DNA of 40,812 nucleotides from Atractiella rhizophila (Eukaryota): NCBI GenBank assembly GCA_021432655.1, contig MU271596.1, positions 1 to 40,812 of the forward strand, read 5' to 3'. Shown piece by piece: positions 31,901 to 40,812 of this stretch (position 1 is its first letter; each line of letters starts with the position of its first letter). The notes under the pieces were generated by a model. It saw only the letters and a program-made list of their open reading frames with translations, ran no database searches and was not told where the DNA came from. The position numbers and the translations under genes were made by a program.

Positions 31901-34644
31901 CGTCTGTTGTGCTCAGGGAGGGAGACCAACCCTTTGGAAGGCGTGGATAAGGAACGGATGCGCGGGATGGAAGTGTCGAATGTGATCAAGGAGCTGGAGT
32001 CGAATCCACCTTATTATTTCCTGCCCTATGTTTCTCGCCTCGGATACACTTACAACGTCAACCCGACCTCCATTTCCTCCACACGCACTCCAACCCCGAC
32101 ACCCAAGGTGCGCGGTCAACCTGCTACTCCAGAGTACAGGAAGCTGTACGTCTCAAAGACCAACCTGGTCATCGTCCCGTCGAATTTGGTAGTACAGTGG
32201 AAGGAAGAGATCGCGAAGCACATCGTGGAAGGCGAGCTAAAGGTGTTTGTGTGGGCAAAGAAAGCTTTGCCTTCAGCCGAGGAACTGATCAAGTACGACG
32301 TCGTTCTCATGTCTGATTCCAAATTCAGCACCTTGGAAGGAAGGAGTGAAGCCGAAACGGTAGGGAGAGATGAGCTGGCAGATATAGTCAAGATCCACTG
32401 GAAGCGGTGCGTCTCATAGCCAAACGTTCCCTATAGCCCTGACACATTTTGTCCAGGATCATGGTCGACGAAGGCCATACTCTTGGAGGCTCTAATAAAT
32501 TGGTCACACTCGTCCAACGGCTTCACGCCCAGTCCAAGTTCATCATCACGGGCACACCGTCAAACAATCTCCTCGGCTACCAATCCATCACTTCTGCCTC
32601 GACTGCAGAAGATGGTGAGGTCGACGAGAACTTCCTAGCATGTGAGGCTGCCGGAGATAGGGACGACTTCGACAAACTAGGGAGGATGGTAGGGGGCATC
32701 CTGAACCTCGAACCTTTCTGCTTTGCGACCAAGGGCAAGACATCCAACTGGAAAGTTGGCATCACTGATCCATACTTGGTGGATGGCATGGGCAGCGGAA
32801 GGCTGTTTGAAATCCTTTCGAGAGTTATGGTGAGAAATCGGCCAGAGGATGTTGCCAGAGATGTCAAGCTGCCCCCATTATCGAAGAACGTCATCAAGCT
32901 TCCTTTCAACCCTATTCAACGACTCACATACAACGTTCTGCTCGCGCTCTTCGCGGTCAACTCTGTCACGTCCCAGCGAACCGATATCGATTACATCTTC
33001 CATCCGAGGAGGCAAAAGGAACTGGCGCAGCTGGTACGTCCTCCCTCAGCATTTGGAACCTGTAACTGAAGAGGGAACAGATGACCAACTTGCATCTCTC
33101 CCATCTGTATTTTGGTTCGGACGAACTTGTGGAAAATACAAAGGAAGCTTTGAAGAACGGCGAGGACTCTCTCCGACGAAAAGGTTCTACTTACTCGTCT
33201 CAAGATCGCTCACTTCTTTCTAACGCCCTGGCGTGCATTTCTGAAGCGCTTGACAGCAAGGTTTGGACGTCGTCTATTCAGTCTAATCAGATCGGATTCG
33301 CGATGTCTCGACTTCCAGAAATGACGTCGGCATTTGATCCCCTGAAGGAAAAGACACTGTTATTACCTCAGGAACAGGTCTTTATTGGAAACGAGGATAT
33401 TATAAAATTGCGGAAGATGGTGCATGAAGTGCTAATGGAAGGAGCTTGGGAAGATGAAGATGACTTCTGGGAGGAGTTCAAGACCATGACTGCTAAGGAA
33501 CGTTACGATGTGATGATGTATGGGGTTGAGGAGATCCCGCCTAAGAAGAAGCACCTCACGTCACTGTCTTCGGCGATGCCCGTGTCAACCAAAATGACGA
33601 CAGCCAATCCTGGTTCTTCCAATCAATCTCCCCTTCCTTCTTCCATCGCGGACGCCAGAATCCTTACTTCAGTTTCTGCAAAGGCTAATTACCTGGTTAA
33701 TCGAATAAAGCATGAGCCGAAGGAAAAGTTCCTCCTCTTCTCTTCGAACCCGAACAATATCTTCCACGTCGCTCAAGCGCTGTCGATCGCAGGGATACCT
33801 TATATTTACTACCTGGGGAAAGGAATGCAACGGTCAGAGCGTGAAGCGGCAGCACACAAATTTCAGACGGACCCCCAATGCAAGATCCTCCTCGTTGAGC
33901 TCCGTTGGGCTTCACATGGTGTCAACCTTTGTAAAGCTACGCGAATCATCTTCCTTGAACCTGTGTGGTCACCAGACACAGAGGCACAGGCGATTAAGCG
34001 AGGGTATGCGCCATACATTCCAACTCACTATTTTGACTAAGTGATTTGTTAGACATCGTATCGGCCAAACAAAAGAGGTCCGAGTCGAAATCCTCTGCAT
34101 GAAAGATTCTTTTGAAGAAGCAATGATTGAGCGCAAAAAAGAAATGTCGAAAAAGGACTTTGAAGACACCGCGGTACCTCAAGACGATACCCGTCTTCGC
34201 GCTTTACTTCAAAACGCGACATTCATCCCCCAATCAGCGTGCAGAGACTACGCTCTCAAGGACACCCCTCTCATCCTCTCTAGTTCGCAACCGTACCTTG
34301 CAAAGTCTTTGAGTAGACCTATTCCCAACAATGAGCGAGAGCGGATTCGGGCAGAAATGGAACTCCAGGCGAGGAAAAAGAGGAAAGTGGAAGGAGAGGG
34401 AGATACTAGACGCTGGCGTGGTCCCCTTAGCACCCCTCTTTACAATCAAGCTTTACATCTTCCGCCCAATGGCGGTAGCGAATTAACGAGGCTAGGCGAT
34501 CTCATTCAGCCGCCATGCAAGCCAGAAGAAGATATCTGCATGCAACAGGATGAGGTTGCCAGTGCTTCCAAAACTCAAGGCGTTACATCGCTTTCTCCAA
34601 TGCATCCTCCAGGGGGGACAAAAGGAGTCTGTCAGATCCAATGA
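28937..34644 (+). CDS. SNF2-family ATPase/helicase (Rad5/16-like grouping, no RING seen), about 6 exons
   Basis: GGIL|CDEMGTGKT (motif I), LVIVPSNLVVQWKEEI (Ia), WKR|IMVDEGH (II), ITGTP (III), KFLLFS (IV), SHGVNLCKATRIIFLEPVW (V) and QAIKRG|HRIGQ (VI). The first intron 29828-31052 joins in frame. Confidence 0.9.
29890..30845 (+). repeat. Degenerate dispersed array of a motif close to TTTAGAGACRAGGATC inside SNF2 intron 1
   Basis: Copies near 29931, 30003, 30121, 30209, 30275, 30291, 30350, 30368, 30413, 30487, 30596, 30624 and 30771. Longer shared extensions are AAGGATCATATTAC (x2) and AGGATCCGAGTCAC (x2). Confidence 0.7.
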
Positions 34645-34802
34645 AGGCGGGAACGGATTCGATTCATTGAGGGACTCTTTAGCTTTGTTGTTTCTTTCAG
34701 ACACGTTGTTTGTATCTCTGCCTGGTGTTTGGTGCTTGTTGAAAATGTTAGGAAAAGCGATTATATGAACTAGCAATGCAAATACTACTTTTACTGTCCT
34801 CC

Positions 34803-36409
34803 TCACGAATCTTCGACCGAAGATTTCTTCGCATCCTGCCTCCAACTCGTATCCTTCCCTTCCTCCTCTTTCACAGCCTCCACCTCTTGCTCCAAGATCT
34901 CCTTCTCCACCGGCGCAGTCCTCCAATCCACCCTATCCACGTTCCTGATGAACTCTCCATTCCCGCGTTCGACCCACTGCTCCCACGACGGCGGCCACTC
35001 CTTACACTCCTTCTCATACTGCAACCTGAACACGAGAAGTTTGACCAATTCCTTCGCGTCCTTCGGCTTGTACTCGCCCAACCCCTCCCTCGCACCCTCA
35101 GAGCGCCTCAGGGCAAGCCAACCAACGCTTTTGAGCCCGTCCGCCTCCTTCTTCGTCCGCGCAATCTCCCGCCTCACGCCCGCTTCCCGACTCAACAGGA
35201 TCTTGTACTCCTTCTCCACCTCCACGTCCTTCTTCCAAATCGCCCGCCGCGCGAGGTCCTCATACCTCCTCATCTCTTCCTGCAACAACTTGATCTGCGC
35301 CGCCTCGTTCTCCCTCTTCCTCCTCAACAACGTTCTCGGTGACACCTTCTCCGGTGCTTGTGAGACTTCCTTCCCTTCTGCCTCCCCGCCCTCTGTCGGC
35401 TGGTCGTCGAACAAGCCAAAGGTGTCGCCTTCCTTCAGACCGAAATCTTTCGTCCAGTCAATCTTGACCGCCGAATCGTCAAGCTGGGCTATCGTCTCCT
35501 TTCGCAGTTGCTCCATTTTCTCGGGGTCGGCGAGCTTCGCCTTCTCTGCTTCGGGAAGCGAGGCCAATTTCTCTTCGATCGCTGCTTCTAGTTTTTGCTC
35601 GGCGAGGGATTCGAGGGATGTAATGGCATCTTGACGTTCGGAAATGACGCGCTTGATGTTGGACAGCGTTTCGTGGCACTGGAGGTTACGATTCAACATT
35701 GTTGCTACTAGTGGATAGAAGGAAGACAAACCTGTTTCCGCTTCGCTAGATAATAGTCCTCTTCTTCTTGTGCTAGTTTGCCCAGGTATCGACGGAGCTC
35801 GTGCATCTGTGTGAGGAGCTTGTTGAGCTCGCGAAGAGTAAGGTACCAGATGGTATGGAGGTCTTCAAAGCTCTTCTGCCTCAACTCAGCCGGCGTCCAA
35901 GCTCGCCCTGCACGCATTCAACTCTCATCCCCAAAGAATATGAAGAAAGACGCACCAACATGATCCTTCTCCTTCCTCTTCGGCTGTATGGTCATCATGT
36001 TACTCTCGAAAAAAGCCCAAAGGGGATGCGACAGGTAATTCTTCATTTCCTCCTCATCCAGCTCCCTCAAACTCCTCCATTCCTCCTCCGGCACCTTCGC
36101 CAAATTCTGCGAATAAACGACATGTTCCGGGCTCGGAGGCTGGGGTTCCTCGTTCTTCGGAGGCTTGAATCCAGGTCCACGGCCCTTCTTCAGCCTCTTG
36201 ATCTCACGACGAGTCCAGACCTTGGGCGGCGGCGGATTGGTGAGTTTTGGGAGTCGAACGGCGGAGGGGAGGACGTAGTGCCCTCCGTAGGTCGTGGGCT
36301 CGCGCTTCGGCCGTCCGTACGACTGGTGCTTGTGGCGCGTTGGACCGGCGAGGGCGGGAGAGGATGTGGAGAAGGGGCGGATGCTGCCTGGGAGTCGCAT
36401 TGGAGGCAT
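34803..36409 (-). CDS. MRPL4: Mitochondrial large-subunit ribosomal protein uL29m (Mrpl4/MRPL47); exons 36409-35956, 35907-35732, 35678-34803
   Basis: [41 protein letters not shown] and [12 protein letters not shown], with the presequence [11 protein letters not shown]. Confidence 0.92.
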
Positions 36410-37819
36410 GGTGGTTGCTGTGGATTCCCACACGAATTTCGATGAGAAAAGGAATGCAGTTGCCTTTGTACTCAGAGAGCCGCTCTGCGCCAACTTGCCT
36501 TTCCTGAAAACACACACTGCTCCTCTCACACTCCTTCACAAAATTTTGTGCTCACGGGTTTGGTTTGGTTTTGGTTCTAATCTGAACGTGACACGTGATC
36601 GCTTCACGACGCTGAGCGGTTGTGTTTTTGCTTTGCATGTCTCTCAGTGCGGCTTCAAGTTGAATTCATGACGAGCGAGAAACAGGGCAATTTGCTCATC
36701 AATATGTCCATTAAACGAGAAGACCAAACGATGAAAAGAGACATTAACCCAACATGAGTATCATTCAAAGAAACAGGATCAAACACATCCAGTCCATCAT
36801 CATAAATCGTTACGTGCTCATACCAACCGAATCGAACAATCACATCCAACACCCGATCAGAACGAAGAAGGCGACGGCGACCGTGCAAGCTATTCGAGAG
36901 GTATCGATAGCCTTCATCGACAGAGCGCCGCTGCCATTTGAGCCGTTTGAGGTTGGGTTCGTCCCAAACTGGGTGTTGGTCACTCTTCCGGTCGTCGTAC
37001 TTCAGCCTCTTGATCTCACGACGAGTCCAGACTTTGGGAGGCGGCGGATTGGTGAGTTTGGGGAGTCGCACAGCGGAGGGGAGGACGTAGTGCCCTCCGT
37101 AGGTCGTGGGCTCGCGCTTCGGCCGTCCGTACGACTGGTGCTTGTGGCGCGTTGGGCCGGCGAGGGCGGGAGAGGAGGTGGAGAAGGTGCGGATGCTGCC
37201 TGGGAGTCGCATTGGAGGCATGGTGGTTGCTGTGGATGCCCAAACGAATTTCGACGAGGAAAGGAATGTAGCTGACTTTATTATACTCTAAGAGCCGCTC
37301 TGCGCCAACTTGCCCTTCCTGAAAACACACACTGCTCCTCTCACACTCCACAAAATTTTGTGCTCACAGGTTTGGTTTCGTTTTGGTTCTAATCTGAACG
37401 TGACACGTGATCGCTTCACGACGCTGAGCGGTTATGTTTTTGCTTTGCGTATCTCTCAGAGGGTAGGTGCAGCTTCAAATTGAATTCATGACGAGCGAGA
37501 AACAGTGCATTTGCTCATCAATGTGTCCATTAAATGAGAAGGCCAAACGATGAAAAGAGACATTAACCCAACATGAGTATCATTCAAGGAAACAGGATCA
37601 AACACATCCAGTCCATCATCATCATAAATCGTTAAGTGCTCATACAACCGAATCGAACAATCACATCCAACACCAGATAAGAACGAAGAAGGCGACGGCG
37701 ACCGTGCAAGCTATTCGAGAGGTATCCAAAGCCTTCATCGACAGAGCTCCGCTGCCATTTGAGCCGTTTGAGGTTGGGTTCGTCCCAAACTGGGTGTTGG
37801 TCACTCTTCCGGTCGTCGT
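36188..37819. repeat. Tandem duplication of about 812 bp (36188-36998 and 37000-37819) covering the uL29m 5' end, its promoter and the 3' end of the upstream gene
   Basis: Colinear copies with scattered differences. The junction reads ...GGTCGTCGT-A-CTTCAGCC... at 36999. Confidence 0.95.
36655..37221 (-). pseudogene. Chimeric ORF at the duplication junction: uL29m N-terminus (about 74 aa) fused out of frame to the duplicated 3' end of the GPI-protein gene
   Basis: [17 protein letters not shown]...REIKRLK, then unrelated YDDRKSDQ... starting at 36999; 188-codon ORF. Confidence 0.65.
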
Positions 37820-39239
37820 CGAGATGGGGATGACGATTACAGTTGGACGACCCTGAGAGTCCGTAGTGGAAACCGACGTCACGGTTTGGGACGGAACTGG
37901 ATTTCCATTCGCATCCGTGGCTGAGGGGCGGGGAGAGAGGGGGTTGGAAGGATTAGGATTCGAGGAAGGGTTTGCGGAGGGGTTGGAAGGGTTGGATGAG
38001 GGGAGGGTGGAAACACCTTGAGAATCAGCATTCGAGCTTCCACCAACAGGAGAAGTCGAAATCCCACCTCCTCCAGCCGTCGTAGTAGCTCCTCCACCTC
38101 CTCCACCGCCAGGAGGTGTGTTCGACGTGGTTCCTCCTCCTCCTCCCGACGGTGGGTTAGCCACCGCGCATGCCCCAGTAGTCACGGGTGCGTTGGCTTG
38201 AACGTTGTAGCATCTCGGAGCGGCCCTATGCATCCACCATTCACCAATGAGCCATTCACCACCAAAGAAAGGAGGGAGACACACAAGCAATAAGTCTGGA
38301 GACCTGCGATGTAGCTGTCAAAATTGTAAATGCTGTTCTCTGCCGTTTGCCCATCCGGTCTGACGGTGAAAAACCATGCATTCGCGTTCTGCGTTTCCAT
38401 CAGACAGTGTCATTGTCACTCTTGGTGCGGATGAGAAAGATAAGAAACGAACGCAGGTGGCGCAGGTGCGAGCTGCGTTTACGTGGTTTTGATTGCAAAC
38501 GTTCGGTCCTTGAGCAGTGTTGATAAAGCCATTACCTGTACCATTCAACATCGCATTCATGAGGCTTCATTGCGGATCAAAAAAGTGAGAGGGAGGATAC
38601 GCACAATTCTGGACACATTGCAGCGACGAGGGTGTTCCACCTCCACCTAGATAGTCGTGCGTAGGCATTAACATCCATCACCTGTTGGAGAAAAGAAAAA
38701 GGAGTAAGGGCTAACCGATACAAACTGTGGGTTTTCCATCCGAGTCAGCACCACCAGCACCTCCTGAACAAGTGTTCCCAGGTGCTGGAGACCAATCAGC
38801 GCAATTGCAAGGGTCTGTACGTCAGTGTGCACCATCAGGTCACCTTTGGGACAGTAATAAGGATGCAATAGAAAACGAACCTGGACGGTTAGGATTGCTG
38901 TCGCTGCATTGGAAACAAGAGTTATCAGGTGGAGTGCCGCCTGTCACACCGAAATGGAACAGTCAGTTTTGCATCTCTTCGCTAGTATCAGGAACACCAC
39001 CCACCATCAGTCGGCGCGCTGGAGTCGGTCGTAGTAGTCGTCGTGGGAGGAGGGTTGTCAGACGTCGTGGGTGGAGCAGCCTCAGATGTTGTCTCTCCTC
39101 CTGGCGCCAATCCTGCATCGCTCGTGGTGGACTCTTGACGAATGACCAGTCCACGCCTTTCATGCAAGAGGGGCGATGGGAAGGTGGGAGCGACGAGGAG
39201 GAGAGAGAACAGAAGGGTCGTTAGGGGTTTCGAGATCAT
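37661..39239 (-). CDS. Secreted, probably GPI-anchored, Cys-rich cell-surface protein with S/T/P/G stalk (multi-intron; internal junctions approximate)
   Basis: Signal peptide MISKPLTTLLFSLLLVAPT and pro-region ERR/IRQ. Short Cys-rich exons (SCFQCSD, PCNCADW, NVCNQ, TCATC, RCYN, GACAV), an S/T/P/G stalk and the C-terminal NGSNGSGA-spacer-IACTVAVAFFVLIWCWM*. TATAAAA on the minus strand near 39347-39353. Confidence 0.75.
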
Positions 39240-40090
39240 CTTCGAAGTCGTCTACGCCTGTCCAACTTGCGAGATATCGTTAACTTGATCCTGACAGTTA
39301 TCGTCCTCGCAGTGGGATCCGGTGGGATGTGAACATTTGCTCAGCCTTTTATAGTGGGTCGTCGGGGTGAATGCAGATGGCGTTCCGAGAAGAATAGAGA
39401 TGCTTGTCCTTCCATTCTCAACTTCTCAACGGGATCTCACAAACAATGGTAATTTCGCCTCCGCCACTTTTGGAACCCTGCCAGCCATTCATCCTTTCCC
39501 CACCCACGGAAACCCGCCCCTCCGTCTCGAGGGGATTGTCTCGTGACTTGTATTAGTGAATGAGAATGGTCAGGAAAGGACAAAGTGTGAGCGAAAGTGA
39601 AGCAAGCATGTCGACCCCACCTGAATAGCCTACCTCGTCCGTCGACGGAGAGATTGGAGGGAGAAGTTTTCCGGCACAATATAGTAGTGTCATCGCCATC
39701 AAAACATAAAGCGGCACGAGGAAGTGAGAAAGGAGCAAAGCCAGGTAAACACGGGAAGGTGAATGACACCAAGGAGCTTGGATTTGCACACAACAAATGG
39801 GAATGTTAGAAAATACGATGATGAGATATGGCAAGCGTGACAGTGCAGATACTCTCGAGCAGGATGCATTCCAATCTGAAGAACTAGAATATCAGATGAT
39901 AAACACTGCAGCACAAGAACAACCCTTCTCAGAGAGAACCGGAGGTCCTCAGCCAAGACAATCGTTGCATGGATCCTAGAATGTAAAGAATCCAAGAAAC
40001 AAGAATCCGGATAAAGACTTACAACAGTCAACCACTTCATCACTTCATCACAGTGGGATGATTGGTGTCCTGCATAAACTACGCAAGACC

Positions 40091-40742
40091 TCAAAGCTCT
40101 TTCAAGAAACCCAATAGGCCACTATCTACTTTCTCCTCCTCTTTCTTCCTCTTCTTCGCAATTACATCCGCTAACTCTTCCTTCTTCGCGTTCCTTCTCT
40201 TCCGTGATGTTCCTGTCCGTAATTCTGTTCCAAGGGAGGGCTTTGAAGCTCTCTGGTCATCCGACTTTGCTGAGATTTCGGCTTTTGAGGTCGTTGTGGG
40301 AGTTGAAACAGGCGTTTCGACCCTCGACAGTGGAACAGATGGGGGAGGAGGCTTAGTGGGTACCTTGGGAATGGGAAGAAAGTCGATATGGGAACAGGTG
40401 GAGCAGGAAACAGCGAGGATCTTCTCCTTCTTCTTTTGCTGTTTTACAAACTTGAGGCGAGTCCGGCAAGTCGTTCCATCTCTCGAGACTCTCGCAGTGT
40501 TACATCTTGAACAATAATGCGAGCTTGCTACCTTTATAGCAATTTCGATCAGAAACTATCACAATATTGGGATTGGAGGAATAACAGACCTCCTTGAATG
40601 CCTCCCAATCCACCGCAGCGTTTTCATATGCCTTTCGCTTCAGACTTCGCACGGTTGAGCGACCCAGCGATGGATCTATAGCGCTGAGTAACTGAGAGGC
40701 GCTGTGGATGTGAGAAAAGGTGAGGATGTCGTCGTTGAGCAT
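40091..40742 (-). CDS. Rpr2/Rpp21/Snm1-like zinc-ribbon subunit of RNase P/MRP; exons 40742-40590 and 40531-40091
   Basis: Helical N-terminus (HIHSASQLL...LGR), then YCSRCNT...TCRTRL...VSCSTCSH with two CxxC pairs, and a basic tail ending GLLGFLKEL*. Not shown in full by the ORF track. Confidence 0.65.
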
Positions 40743-40812
40743 TATGAAAATGCCTCGCAAAAAAAATAGAATTCGGGGCAATTGTGGTGGTGTTTTCAGC
40801 CAGTTACGTAAC

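Noticed and set aside
34776..36671. Long plus-strand ORFs opposite uL29m, and similar shadow ORFs opposite RRN3 and SNF2
   Set aside because: They are antisense shadows of codon-biased coding sequence with no independent gene signals.

Overview
This is a gene-dense, intron-rich fungal nuclear region that looks basidiomycete-like. Most introns are about 45-70 nt with CTRAC-type branch points, and there is one 25-N scaffold gap. Housekeeping genes read from the sequence are RRN3 (two diverged copies, each just downstream of an intron-containing tRNA-Ile(UAU)), mitochondrial Met-tRNA formyltransferase, the U5 snRNP 40K WD40 protein, a GRAB-domain golgin (RUD3-like), an SNF2 ATPase, mitoribosomal uL29m, a possible divergent bL34m and an Rpp21/Snm1-like zinc-ribbon protein. 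The window also has an unknown multi-pass membrane protein, a degenerate APH/kinase-like gene and a Cys-rich GPI-type surface protein. The most unusual feature is a cluster of three secreted Egh16/GAS1 (DUF3129)-like paralogs at 15.5-27.7 kb, which the ORF track largely misses because they are split by many introns. Paralog B carries six tandem exon+intron cassettes, each ending in Lys-Arg, so it reads as an effector-like domain fused to a Kex2-processed repeat-peptide polyprotein. Paralog C has independently amplified a different micro-exon+intron unit, and paralog A has the unexpanded tail. Two local duplications (1-2350 vs 7883-10228, and 36188-37819 in tandem) may be real or may be uncollapsed haplotypes. 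All gene models were spliced by eye and all family assignments come from remembered motifs; no searches were run.
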